Positions 9,391 to 19,198 of a DNA stretch of 64,000 bases are shown here, piece after piece. Position 1 is the stretch's first letter. The number at the start of each line of letters is the position of its first letter. The notes beneath the pieces are model-generated. The model saw nothing but the letters and a program-made list of their open reading frames with translations. It made no database searches and was not told where the DNA came from. Source of the DNA: an uncultured bacterium (GTDB lineage Bacteria > JAGRBM01 > JAHCIT01); contig CAZUMS010000011.1 of the NCBI GenBank assembly GCA_964621525.1, positions 587 through 64,586 of the forward strand, read 5' to 3'. A program made the position numbers and the translations under genes.

Positions 9391-10377
9391 ATGAGCGTTG
9401 AGCGGAAAGAACGGAAAAGGATCGCATGGGTCATCACCTTCGGTGTCCTGCTGACGATCTTCGCCGTGATGTTGACCGTGGGATGGAACATCCTCATGGT
9501 CCGCGACTACCTGCATCTTCGCCAGCTCAAGGAGCGGATCGGCACCTCCCACTGGGTGGTGCTCGGATTCGGCTCCCTGTTCTTCGCCCTGATCATCGTC
9601 GGGCTCATCCTGTTCATCATCCGGCTTGTGAGCGAGATCCGTCAGAACGAACGGCAGCAGACGTTTATCGACTCGATCACCCATGAGCTCAAGACCCCGA
9701 TCGCCTCTCTTTCGCTCTACCTCGACACGATTCAGATGCCGGATCTGGATCCCGCACTGCGGACGGAGTTCCATGGTACCATGCGCCGGGAACTGAACCG
9801 CCTCAGCCGGGTGATCGAGGAAGTGCTCCAGGTGCAGACCATCGACGCGGAGGACCGCCGGGACCTGTTTCAGCCGGTGAGCCTTCCGGCGATCCTGGAC
9901 GAATGTGCCGCCGAGGCCCGCGAGCGGTACCAGCTCGGCGACAGCCAGTTCGAGTGGCGGAGGACGGGCGAGGCGGTCGTTTCCGGAGACGCGGAACTCC
10001 TCCGGGTAGTGTTCAGGAATCTGATCGACAATGCGGTCAAATACAGCGGCGAGCGGGTCCGGGTGACCGTGTCGATGGATCTCTCCGTCCCGGACCGGGC
10101 CGTTGTGTCGGTGACGGACGAAGGGGTAGGGATCCCGGGATTCGCCCTCGAAAAGATATTCGACCGTTTTTACCGGGCCCCCGGCGACGAAGTCCGCCGC
10201 AGGGCAGGGTCGGGACTCGGGCTTTATCTTGCGGCCCGTTCGGTGCACCTGCACCGGGGGAAAATCGAGGCCATTTCCGGCGGCCCCGGCCGGGGCACGG
10301 TGTTCCGGGTGACGCTGCCGCTGGTTCGCGACGCCGAACCCGCGCTGGTCCGGGAGGTTTCCGGTTCCCATGCCTAG
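9391..10377 (+). CDS. Sensor histidine kinase (2 TM, HisKA, HATPase)
   Basis: SITHELKTPIAS, NLIDNAVKYS, DEGVGI, FDRFYR, GSGLGL. Confidence 0.93.
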   Translation: MSVERKERKRIAWVITFGVLLTIFAVMLTVGWNILMVRDYLHLRQLKERIGTSHWVVLGFGSLFFALIIVGLILFIIRLVSEIRQNERQQTFIDSITHELKTPIASLSLYLDTIQMPDLDPALRTEFHGTMRRELNRLSRVIEEVLQVQTIDAEDRRDLFQPVSLPAILDECAAEARERYQLGDSQFEWRRTGEAVVSGDAELLRVVFRNLIDNAVKYSGERVRVTVSMDLSVPDRAVVSVTDEGVGIPGFALEKIFDRFYRAPGDEVRRRAGSGLGLYLAARSVHLHRGKIEAISGGPGRGTVFRVTLPLVRDAEPALVREVSGSHA

Positions 10378-11086
10378 ACTGCTGCTTGTGGAAGACGACG
10401 CCGCGCTTTCCCGCGGACTCCAGTTCAACCTGGACCGGGAAGGTTTCGAGGTCGTTGCCGTGGATAACGGCAGGGTAGCGAGCGAGCGGGTCCGGGAGGA
10501 GAAGTTCGACATTGTGATCCTGGACGACATGTTGCCGGGGATGGAGGGCACGGAAGTCGTCCGGGGGATGCGCAAGGCGGACAACTATACGCCGGTTATC
10601 ATGCTCACCGCCCGGTCGCAGCCGGAGGATCAGGCTGGCGGACTCGAAGCCGGGGCGGACGACTATCTGACCAAGCCGTTCGACTTCAAGATTCTTCTGG
10701 CCCGCCTGAACGGACTGCTCCGCCGTCAGGAGTGGTTGCGCGGACCGGGCGGGAAAACCGCCAGGACGAAGATGGGCGTGGCTGAAGTGGATTTTGCCCG
10801 CCACGAGATCGCCCGGGGGGGCGAGCGCCAGACCCTGACGGTGAAAGAGGCGATGCTTCTCAAGATTTTCGCGGAAAATCCCGGACGGCTCGTCCCCAGA
10901 GCCGAACTGCTGGAAAAGGTATGGGACCTCAAGCCTGACACGAATACCCGCACGGCCGACGCTTTCATCGTTCGGCTCCGCCGGTTCATTGAGGCCGATC
11001 CCGTGAACCCCCGTTTCCTGCTCACGGTACGGGGGCTCGGCTACCGATACGACCCGGATGGAACGGGCGAAAGCTCCAATTCCTGA
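10370..11086 (+). CDS. OmpR/PhoB-family response regulator
   Basis: LLVEDD, ILDDMLPGMEG, GADDYLTKPF, wHTH end TVRGLGYR. Confidence 0.93.
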   Translation: MPRLLLVEDDAALSRGLQFNLDREGFEVVAVDNGRVASERVREEKFDIVILDDMLPGMEGTEVVRGMRKADNYTPVIMLTARSQPEDQAGGLEAGADDYLTKPFDFKILLARLNGLLRRQEWLRGPGGKTARTKMGVAEVDFARHEIARGGERQTLTVKEAMLLKIFAENPGRLVPRAELLEKVWDLKPDTNTRTADAFIVRLRRFIEADPVNPRFLLTVRGLGYRYDPDGTGESSNS

Positions 11087-11186
11087 ACCGGGGCGGCTAG
11101 GCTTCCGGTATCTCGACGTGCCCGCACCATCAGGCAGCGCCTGCCGTCCCGGAACGCCGCCGGCTGGTGTCTGAAAGGATCATGCC

Positions 11187-12035
11187 ATGAGTTCACGCCC
11201 TCAGCCTGTGCCACCGGAAAAAATGTCACTCTGGCGGCGGATCGCACTGCACGTCTGGGACGAACCGGCTTCGCCTACCATCTGCGCCACACGGGACTAT
11301 GACGTCGAGGCGGCGATGAAATTCCTCGCCTGGTACAACACCACGAACGATACCCACGTGACGATGACCGGGCTTCTCATCAAGGCAGTGGCGCTCAGTC
11401 TTGAAAAATACCCCGAGCTGAACCGCCGGATCGTCGGCAAGCGGCTCTACGACCTGTCCACCATCGATATTGCCGCCCCGGTGAACCTCGGGGACAAGAG
11501 CGAAACGGCGATGATCCTGATCCGGGATGCGAACCGGAAATCCCTGAAAGAAATTGCGGCCGACATGAGAGGGCGGGTGAAAGTGACGAAAGAGTCGAGT
11601 GACCGCATGGAGAAAGGCGGGGAGATCGGCCGGCTTCTCGACGCCCTGCCGCCGTTCGTCCTGAACACGGTCGTTCGGGCGGCCAAGGCGGCCATCAGCA
11701 ACTTCAGCCTCGGGGAGGTGATCCCGGACCTCGATGTGAGCCCCGGAAGCTTCTCCGTCAGCTCGCTCGGCATGAACGAAGCGGCGACCTTCACCGGACT
11801 AGCTCTCATGCCGCCGCCGGGCATCGGGATTGTGGCGTCGATGGTGGTCGGCCGGGTAGAGAAAAAACCGGTGGTGGAGAACGACCAGATTGTCATCCGT
11901 CACCGGCTGCCGCTGATGGCGTTCTTCGACCACCGGGCCGTGGACGGCTGGAAGATCACGAAATACGGACAGTTCTGGCAGGAATTCCTGAAGGATCCCG
12001 GAAAACATCTCGGGATCGACTGGCCGGGTGCCTGA
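11187..12035 (+). CDS. 2-oxoacid dehydrogenase E2-like acyltransferase, catalytic domain only
   Basis: LLIKAVALSLEKYPELN, SFSVSSLG, KPVVENDQIVIR, FDHRAVDG; no lipoyl domain. Confidence 0.8.
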   Translation: MSSRPQPVPPEKMSLWRRIALHVWDEPASPTICATRDYDVEAAMKFLAWYNTTNDTHVTMTGLLIKAVALSLEKYPELNRRIVGKRLYDLSTIDIAAPVNLGDKSETAMILIRDANRKSLKEIAADMRGRVKVTKESSDRMEKGGEIGRLLDALPPFVLNTVVRAAKAAISNFSLGEVIPDLDVSPGSFSVSSLGMNEAATFTGLALMPPPGIGIVASMVVGRVEKKPVVENDQIVIRHRLPLMAFFDHRAVDGWKITKYGQFWQEFLKDPGKHLGIDWPGA

Positions 12036-12038
12036 GGA

Positions 12039-12260
12039 TCAGGCGGTTTCCTTGCCCGTATCGCAGCAGGACGCATCGCCTTTGCTGCAGGTGGAGATCC
12101 CGAACGGAAGGTAGGCCGGGCACCACCGCAGGGCGGATGTCGTGAGGGGAACAACGCCGATCACACCCCACCAGGACTGGTAGTATAGGCCGGCGGAAAT
12201 GATGCCGAGGCCCATAACGGCCCTCGCAATTCGATCAGCGGTTCCCACGTTGGCTTTCAT
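12039..12260 (-). CDS. DUF2892/YgaP-like small membrane protein
   Basis: MKANVGTADRIAR...WCPAYLPFGISTC; GGAGG Shine-Dalgarno before ATG 12260. Confidence 0.85.
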   Translation of the reverse strand: MKANVGTADRIARAVMGLGIISAGLYYQSWWGVIGVVPLTTSALRWCPAYLPFGISTCSKGDASCCDTGKETA

Positions 12261-12343
12261 GTGGACTTCCTCCATATCCGGGCGAAAGGCCCGGTATCGC
12301 ACTTAATCATGCCGGAACTGTGGCTGGTACCCCATGATCTGAG

Positions 12344-15300
12344 TCATCCCGCTCCGGGCTCCTGGGCAGCCTTCCCGGCAGCCTGCCGGGCGGTTCTCTC
12401 CGTATGCCATTTTCCAATCCGTTCCTTGTAATCGTCCGACACGAGATAGAACGCCGGAACGACCAGCAGGCTGAGAACCGTCGAGACGATGAGGCCGCCC
12501 AGTACCGCAATGGCCATGGGGGCACGGACTTCGGATCCGGCACCGAGCTGAAGCGCCACCGGCACGGACGCCATCATCGTCGTAATCGACGTCATCATGA
12601 TCGGCCGGAAACGGACCGCTCCGGCGCGGTAGAGAGCCTCCAGCACCGGCATGCCTTTCTCGCGGGCCTGCTTCGTGTAGTCCACGAGGATGATCGAGTT
12701 CTTCTTCACGAGCCCCATCAGGAGCAGAAGGCCGATCATGCTGAAGATGTTGAGACTCTTGCCGGCAAGCCAGAGCGCAGCGGCCGCTCCTGTGACCGAG
12801 AGGGGAAGAATCGTCAGCACGGTCACCGGATCCAGATAGGAGTTGTACTGGGCGGCCAGAATCATGTAGGCGACGACAATGCCGAGGACGAGGGCGAATA
12901 GCAGGCTGTTCATCGACTCCTGGAAAGCCACAGAGGATCCACCGAGCACGAGTGTGTAGCCCGTGGGCATCTTCGATCGCAGTCCCTCGACGAAGGCGAC
13001 GGCTTCTTTCTGCGAGTGACCGGGTGCGATGTTGGCGAACACGGTGATCGCCCGCTCGCGGTCCTTGCGGGTGATCGCCTGGAGCGCCGGCTGTTCGATG
13101 GTTCGCACGAGGGAGGACAGCGGGACCAGGTTTCCTCCCGAAGTGCGGAGCTTCAGACGGGAGAGGTCTTCCGGGCGGGCCCGCTGTCCGGCAAGCAGCC
13201 GGAGCCGGACGTCCACCCGGCGGCCACCGGTGCTGAATTTGCCGGTCCGGACACCACCCACAAGCGCGTTTACGGTCGTCGCCACGTCGGCGACGGGAAT
13301 GCCGAGATCCGCCGCCCGGGCCCGGTCGGGCAGCACGCGGAGCTCAGGCATGCCGAGCTGGTAGTCGGTATCGAGGTCGATCACGAGGCCGCTCTGGCGC
13401 AGCTCTTCCACCACGTCCTGGCTGAGTTTCACGAGTTCGTCCCAGTCGGAACCCCGGACGGAAAACTCCAGCGGGAAGCCGCGTTGCGCCGTAAATCCCT
13501 GCTGCGAAAGATCCTGCACGACCGCTTTGAGTCCGGGGTAGGAGTTCAATTCCTTGCGGAGCCGGGCGGAGAATTCCTTCTGTGTGACGTCTCGCTGGCC
13601 CGGCGGCTTCAGCGTGACGAACATGACGCCGGTATTCACCTGGCCGCCGCCCATGCCGCCTACGACGGCAAAGGCGAGATCCACTTCCGGCTGGACGTTG
13701 ACGTATGCTTCTGCCTGCTTGAACAGGCTGTCGGTTTCCCAGATGTCGGAACCCACGGCCGTCTGCAGGCGGACAAGCACGCGGCTCTGGTCCTGGCTCG
13801 GAACGAATTCGCCGGGCAGCCGGGAGAACACCCACACGCTGGCAACGAACAGGAGGACGGCTCCTCCCAGCACCAATCTCGGATTCGAGAGCGACCAGCG
13901 CAGAGCCTTCGCGTAAATGCGCTCCTGCCGCTCGAACTCCCGGTCCACGGCACGGCCGATGCGGCCGCGCTCGTGTTCGGCGGAAATATTGAGGATCTGG
14001 GCGCAGCGGGCCGGAGCCAGCGTGATGGCTTCCAGATACGACAGCATGACGGCTACGCAGAGTGTCACGCCGAACTGGATGAAGAACTTGCCGATGACGC
14101 CGCCCATGAAAACGACAGGAAGAAATATGGCGACGACGGCGAGCGTTGCGGCGAGAGCAGCAAACTTGATCTCGTCCGTACCCTCTTGTGCGGCGGTCAC
14201 CCTGTCGGAACCTTCTTCGGCACGCCGCACGATATTCTCCAGCACCATGATGGCGTCGTCCACGACAATGCCGACGGCGAGTCCGAGACCGAGCAGGGTG
14301 AAGGTGTTCAGCGTAAAACCGCAGAAATAGATGACGGCGATCGTGCCCATGAGAGACATGGGAATCGCGAGAATAACGTTCAGCGTCGACGAGAGCGATC
14401 CGAGGAACAGCCAGCAGACCAGCGCGGTGAGTACGATGGAGAGCACGAGCTCGTGCTCAATATCGGTCACCGACTGCTCGATGAACTGGGTGGAGTCGAA
14501 AGTGACCTGTAGGCTCATCCCCTCGGGAAGACTCTGCCGGATTTTCTCAAGCTCCCGATGAACGCCCTGGGCTACCGCTACGGCGTTGGAGCCGCGCTGC
14601 TTGCGGATGCCGAGCGACTGGGCCGGTGCACCCATCACACGGGCCAGGCGGCGAACGTCTTCGAATCCGTCTTCGACGAGGGCTACGTCCTCCAGATAGA
14701 CCGGTCCGCCCTGCGTCTGGCGTACCACAAGCTTGCGAAACGAACTGAGGTCGAGGGCTTCGCCCATGACCCGGACATTGATCTCGCGTCCGGACGTTTC
14801 GATGCGTCCAGCGGGCAGTTCGATGTGCTCTTTCTGGATGGCGGAGATGATGTCGGTGACGACGATGCCCTTTTCGTCCAGGCGGGCGGCATCGACCCAG
14901 ATGCGGACGTTGCGTTCCAGAAATCCACCAAGCGTGATTTCCCCAATGCTGGGCACCGTCTGGAGCCGTTCCTTGATCCGGTAACGGACATAGTCGGAGA
15001 GTACCTGCGGCGAAAATGGGCCCGAGAGGGCAACCCACATGATGGGCTGGTCTTCGGGGTTGCTCTTGGAAATGACCGGCGGATCCAGCTCGTCGGGCAG
15101 GTTTCGCTGGGCGGCGACGATTTTGGACTGCACGTCCTGGAGCGCCACGTCCACGTCGCGGGAGAGATCCAGCTCAAGAGTAATGTTCGCCTGGCCCTGC
15201 TTGGCGCTGGAGGAGATCGACCGCACGCCTTCGGTCTGGACGAGGGCCTCCTCGAGGACCTCGACGACGTCGTTCTCCATCACCTCCGGAGCTGCCCCTT

Positions 15301-15454
15301 CCCAGGTGACGCTGACAGTGATGTTGGGGAAGTCGACGTCCGGGAACTGGCTGATCCCGATGCGTGTGACGGCGACGACGCCGAAGATGATCGTGGATGC
15401 CATGATCATCCACGCGAGTACCGGGCGCCGTATGCAGATTTCCGTGATGTTCAT
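12344..15454 (-). CDS. RND efflux transporter permease subunit
   Basis: MNITEICIRRPV, GIVVDDAIMVLEN, GLVKKNSIILVD, RFRPIMMTS; start set at ATG 15454. Confidence 0.95.
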   Translation of the reverse strand: MNITEICIRRPVLAWMIMASTIIFGVVAVTRIGISQFPDVDFPNITVSVTWEGAAPEVMENDVVEVLEEALVQTEGVRSISSSAKQGQANITLELDLSRDVDVALQDVQSKIVAAQRNLPDELDPPVISKSNPEDQPIMWVALSGPFSPQVLSDYVRYRIKERLQTVPSIGEITLGGFLERNVRIWVDAARLDEKGIVVTDIISAIQKEHIELPAGRIETSGREINVRVMGEALDLSSFRKLVVRQTQGGPVYLEDVALVEDGFEDVRRLARVMGAPAQSLGIRKQRGSNAVAVAQGVHRELEKIRQSLPEGMSLQVTFDSTQFIEQSVTDIEHELVLSIVLTALVCWLFLGSLSSTLNVILAIPMSLMGTIAVIYFCGFTLNTFTLLGLGLAVGIVVDDAIMVLENIVRRAEEGSDRVTAAQEGTDEIKFAALAATLAVVAIFLPVVFMGGVIGKFFIQFGVTLCVAVMLSYLEAITLAPARCAQILNISAEHERGRIGRAVDREFERQERIYAKALRWSLSNPRLVLGGAVLLFVASVWVFSRLPGEFVPSQDQSRVLVRLQTAVGSDIWETDSLFKQAEAYVNVQPEVDLAFAVVGGMGGGQVNTGVMFVTLKPPGQRDVTQKEFSARLRKELNSYPGLKAVVQDLSQQGFTAQRGFPLEFSVRGSDWDELVKLSQDVVEELRQSGLVIDLDTDYQLGMPELRVLPDRARAADLGIPVADVATTVNALVGGVRTGKFSTGGRRVDVRLRLLAGQRARPEDLSRLKLRTSGGNLVPLSSLVRTIEQPALQAITRKDRERAITVFANIAPGHSQKEAVAFVEGLRSKMPTGYTLVLGGSSVAFQESMNSLLFALVLGIVVAYMILAAQYNSYLDPVTVLTILPLSVTGAAAALWLAGKSLNIFSMIGLLLLMGLVKKNSIILVDYTKQAREKGMPVLEALYRAGAVRFRPIMMTSITTMMASVPVALQLGAGSEVRAPMAIAVLGGLIVSTVLSLLVVPAFYLVSDDYKERIGKWHTERTARQAAGKAAQEPGAG

Positions 15455-15476
15455 CGAGGCGGACGCTCCCCGGTTT

Positions 15477-16706
15477 TCAAAGGTTCTTTTCGGGTGCAGC
15501 AGGAGTGCCGGGTGCTTTTCCTGCGGGAGCCGCCGCCGGAGGAGCCGCCGGGGCCGGCTGCTTTTCGGCTTCTGCGGCCGGCTGGGTGCCATTCATCGTC
15601 ACGGTGACGCTCACGCCGTCCCGGAGGGCTTCACCACCCCGGATAACGATGGTCTCGCCCACGGCAAGTCCTGATTTCACCTCGACCCAGCCGTCGGCGG
15701 TCCTGAGCCCGAGAGTGATCTGACGTTCTTTCGCCGTACCGGCTTCGACGGCAAAGGCGAGGAACCCCTTCGAGGTGGGACGGATCGCCGTCTGCGGAAT
15801 GACCGGACGGTCCTGGCGGTTGCCTACCGGTACCGTCACTTCGGCGAATTGTCCCGGGCGCAGCGCCGCCTGCTTCTTGTCCGTGACTTTGGCCGTAACG
15901 GCTACCATGCGGGTGGTGTCATCTGCTTTGGTGGCGACGTGGATGATCTGGGCGGTGTAGCTCGTGTCGCTGTCGCGGACTGTGAAGCGGGTTTCCATGC
16001 CTGCCGACAGGGGAGCGGCATCCTGTTCTGGAACCTGGAACCGGAGCAGCAACGGATCGCGGCGGATCAGTGAAGCGAGAACCGAGCCGAACTTCACATA
16101 CTGGCCGGTCTGAACCGTACGTGTTTCGATGATTCCCGCCACAGGGGCACGCACGTAAGCATCCCGGTATTTCAGTTCCGCCAGTTCCCAGTTGGCCTTT
16201 GCGGCCTGAGCGTCGGCGGCTTTCGCCTGTGCGTCGCGGCGCAGGGCATCCAGATCTTCCTCGGAAATAATGTCGGGAGCCGTCTTCTGGAGTTCATTCC
16301 GGCGTGCGAGGGCGTTTTCGGTATCACGGCGTCCAGCATCGGCCTTGCTGTATTCCGCTTTCGCAGCGTTCGCGGCGAGGCGGAACCGCTCGGGCTCGAC
16401 TTCCACCAGAATGTCCCCGGCCTTCACCCGGTCGCCCTCGGTAAAGCGCACTTTCTCGACGACGCCCTCGACCTTGGCACTCACCTCGACCCGTTCGAAG
16501 GCATCCACGGAGCCGACCGCCTCCACCGAATACTCCACCTTCCGGGCCTGAACGGCCATGGCTTCCACGGGAAAGCTGACCGGCTTGGATTTGGCGGCGC
16601 CTCCTGCGTCCTCCTTGGAGCATCCGGTAGCGAGCGCGAGTCCAAGGCAAAGGGCGGCTGCAGCCGGGAGACCGGGAGTTTTGAGACTGTATTTGGATCG
16701 GATCAC
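15477..16706 (-). CDS. RND periplasmic adaptor (membrane fusion protein), lipoprotein
   Basis: Lipobox LATGC, VSAKVEGVV...GDRVKAGD, VRAPVAG, LRPGQFAEV; P/A-rich tail. Confidence 0.93.
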   Translation of the reverse strand: MIRSKYSLKTPGLPAAAALCLGLALATGCSKEDAGGAAKSKPVSFPVEAMAVQARKVEYSVEAVGSVDAFERVEVSAKVEGVVEKVRFTEGDRVKAGDILVEVEPERFRLAANAAKAEYSKADAGRRDTENALARRNELQKTAPDIISEEDLDALRRDAQAKAADAQAAKANWELAELKYRDAYVRAPVAGIIETRTVQTGQYVKFGSVLASLIRRDPLLLRFQVPEQDAAPLSAGMETRFTVRDSDTSYTAQIIHVATKADDTTRMVAVTAKVTDKKQAALRPGQFAEVTVPVGNRQDRPVIPQTAIRPTSKGFLAFAVEAGTAKERQITLGLRTADGWVEVKSGLAVGETIVIRGGEALRDGVSVTVTMNGTQPAAEAEKQPAPAAPPAAAPAGKAPGTPAAPEKNL

Positions 16707-16932
16707 GGGTGGCTCCGGGCAAACAATGAAAGAAAACGGGGTAAAAGGCTGATGGTTACAGCCGTTCAGTTTTTAAGAAGGCATTCCGCTTGAGTCAGGG
16801 CCGCCGGGTGAACCGGCCAGAAATCCGGTTACCTGCCCGGTTTTCCCTCGGCAACTGTTTCATATCGATCCCCGAATCGGTAGACGACGCCCAGAAATTC
16901 ACCGGATTGCCGCTTTTGACTCTAGGTGTGAA

Positions 16933-16951
16933 ATTGATAACGGTATTCAAT
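16933..16951. promoter_or_regulatory. Candidate Fur-family operator
   Basis: AT-rich dyad ATTGATAACGGTATTCAAT about 40 nt upstream of the FMN-binding gene; resembles TGA-N9-TCA Fur/PerR boxes. Confidence 0.4.
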
Positions 16952-16991
16952 ATGGACCGGTTCCCCGGTCCCTGTGTTTTCCGGTGGAGCG

Positions 16992-17582
16992 ATGCGGGTA
17001 GCAAAAAAGTCCGGTTCGGGCCTGGCGGCAGTTCTCCTTCTGGGAGTTCTGGTCCTCGCTGTTCCTCCTGTCCAGGCGATCCGGTACCTGCCGGATGCCG
17101 AAGCCTATGCCTATGTACTTGGCGAAGGGGTGGAACTCACTCCCGAAATCCGCACTCTGACCGCCGTGCAGGCGAAGGAGCTGGAAGCCTATTCCGGTAT
17201 TCCTTCGGGTGAAGGGGACAAGGTCGAATTTCAGGTGGGCCGCAAGGCCGGGCAGGTGGTGGGCTATGCGCTCATGCTGACCGAGAAAACCCGTTACCGG
17301 CCGATTACCTTTGCCGTATCGGTGGGACCGGACGGCCGGGTGATGAAATCGGTGGTCGTGGTCTACCGGGAACCCCGGGGCGAGCAGGTGAAGTCGGAAC
17401 GGTTCAACAGCCAGTTCGAAGGAAAGACTCGCGACGATTCCCTCAAGGTCGGCGCTTCGATACGGGCCGTATCGGGTGCTACGGTGTCCGCCGAAGTGAT
17501 GACGATGGGTGTGAAGAAAGCTCTCTATCTTGTGAGCGAATTTTTTCTGAAACCAGGCCAGCCCGCGGGAGGGCCTTCATGA
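16992..17582 (+). CDS. Exported FMN-binding domain protein (flavinylation substrate)
   Basis: Signal peptide; YREPRGEQVKSERFNSQFEGK; AVSGATVSA matches the [S/T]GA[S/T] ApbE target motif. Confidence 0.85.
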   Translation: MRVAKKSGSGLAAVLLLGVLVLAVPPVQAIRYLPDAEAYAYVLGEGVELTPEIRTLTAVQAKELEAYSGIPSGEGDKVEFQVGRKAGQVVGYALMLTEKTRYRPITFAVSVGPDGRVMKSVVVVYREPRGEQVKSERFNSQFEGKTRDDSLKVGASIRAVSGATVSAEVMTMGVKKALYLVSEFFLKPGQPAGGPS

Positions 17583-18589
17583 AGCTGTCCCGCCGGGAAT
17601 CGCTCCGGATTCTGGGAGTGGCAGGCGTGGCGGCCCTGGCCCGGCCGTACCGGCTGCTGGCAGTCTCCGATGCGTCGCTCATCGCCCGGGCGGCTCCGGT
17701 CATGGGGACGATCGCCGAAGTATTTGTCCGCCATCAGAACCGTGCAGCTGGCATTGCCGCCGTGGAAGCAGCGCTGGAGACGCTCCGGGCTGTGGACCGC
17801 AATCTGTCCCACTACACTACGGAGAGCGACCTCGGCCGCCTTCATGGCGCAGCCGGTGAATGGACACCTGTATCTGGAGATTTCCTCGCCGTGTTCGGCC
17901 GGAGCCGTGAGCTCCACGATGCCAGTCGTGGCCGGTTCGATCCGTCCTGCGGAGCGCTGATCCGCCTCTGGAAGGACGCGGCGAAGACCGGCTGCGAGCC
18001 ATCGGTTTCGGCGCTGAAGGAGGCCGCTTCCGGATTCGGTGGGATTGAAGTGGACGGAGCCAATCGCCGCGCCCGGCTGCTCGATTCACGCATCCGTCTC
18101 GATTTCGGTGCCATCGGCAAGGGGTACGGAGCCGAACGGGCTGCAGAGACACTCCGCCAGCACGGAATCAGCAGCGGACTTGTGGCGGTAAGCGGCGATA
18201 TCCGGGTGACGGGAAAGATGCCGGTGGAGGAAATTGCCATCCAGCATCCAGAAGCCCCGGACCGCTTCCTTGCGGCTATCTCTCTGGACGACGCGGCAGT
18301 CTCGACTTCAGGCGACTACGAACAGGGTCTTGTGTTTGCGGGCCGCGCGAAATCCCACCTGGTCGATCCGTCGTCCAGGGCTCCGGTGGCTTTGCCGCCC
18401 CGGAGTGTCAGCGTCATTGCTCCGGCAGGTGCCCTCGCCGACGGAATTTCGAGTGCTGCGTTCATCCTCGGCGAGCAGGAGGGTTTCAGTTTCGCCGCTG
18501 CCCGGGGTGAAGTGCTGGTCGCAGGCCGGGAAACCGTGTCGGCAACGCCCGGTTTCCTGCGGCGGCTTGTTCGTGAGGTCAGCCTGTGA
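17579..18589 (+). CDS. apbE: FAD:protein FMN transferase ApbE with Tat signal
   Basis: SRRESL Tat motif, VMGT, FDPSCG, LDFGAIGKGY, GDIR, VSTSGDYE, HLVDP, ADGISSA. Confidence 0.92.
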   Translation: MKLSRRESLRILGVAGVAALARPYRLLAVSDASLIARAAPVMGTIAEVFVRHQNRAAGIAAVEAALETLRAVDRNLSHYTTESDLGRLHGAAGEWTPVSGDFLAVFGRSRELHDASRGRFDPSCGALIRLWKDAAKTGCEPSVSALKEAASGFGGIEVDGANRRARLLDSRIRLDFGAIGKGYGAERAAETLRQHGISSGLVAVSGDIRVTGKMPVEEIAIQHPEAPDRFLAAISLDDAAVSTSGDYEQGLVFAGRAKSHLVDPSSRAPVALPPRSVSVIAPAGALADGISSAAFILGEQEGFSFAAARGEVLVAGRETVSATPGFLRRLVREVSL

Positions 18590-19125
18590 GCGGAAAACGT
18601 CCACCAGTCGTTCACTACCGGCTTTCCCGGTCTTCACCGGCGATCAAGGTGCTGTCGACCGGCGCACTCCTGCTCACCCTTACCGGCATCGTCATCACCA
18701 TATTCTTTGCCCTGAAGCAGAGCGGCCTCACGCCGGATGGCCTCACCGCCCACTACGCGGGAGGTGACGAACTGGCCGAGGGCACCTCGCTCTACTTCGC
18801 CATCGACTACGAGACCCTGCTCCGCATCACGCATGTGCACTGTTTTGGCATGGGCATGCTGCTGTATATCTACGGCCACATGCTGACGCTCACGGCCTTC
18901 AGCGAGCGGTTCAAGGTGGCCGTGATCGGGTCAATGTTCGGCGGCCTGATCCTGTTCCTCGCGAGCTTGTGGCTGATCCGGTACGTCTCGACAGGGTTTG
19001 TCTGGCTGTTCCTTGCCAGCTTTGCCGTTTCGCTGGGTGCGCTCGGACTCACTGCCATTTGCGTGCTTCGCGAGATGTGGGGCCCTGAACGGGCAGCTCC
19101 CTACACGCCGCCTGTGGCCGAATAA
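18586..19125 (+). CDS. 4-TM membrane protein with His residues (possible heme b protein)
   Basis: Four hydrophobic helices; TAHY, ITHVH, YGHM; overlaps the apbE stop. Confidence 0.65.
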   Translation: MSGKRPPVVHYRLSRSSPAIKVLSTGALLLTLTGIVITIFFALKQSGLTPDGLTAHYAGGDELAEGTSLYFAIDYETLLRITHVHCFGMGMLLYIYGHMLTLTAFSERFKVAVIGSMFGGLILFLASLWLIRYVSTGFVWLFLASFAVSLGALGLTAICVLREMWGPERAAPYTPPVAE

Positions 19126-19198
19126 TCGTTCCGGATGAAGCAGGTTTAATGGTTTAGGGGTTCCTGTCTCTACCCCGTTTTCACCTAGAATCCGCCCG

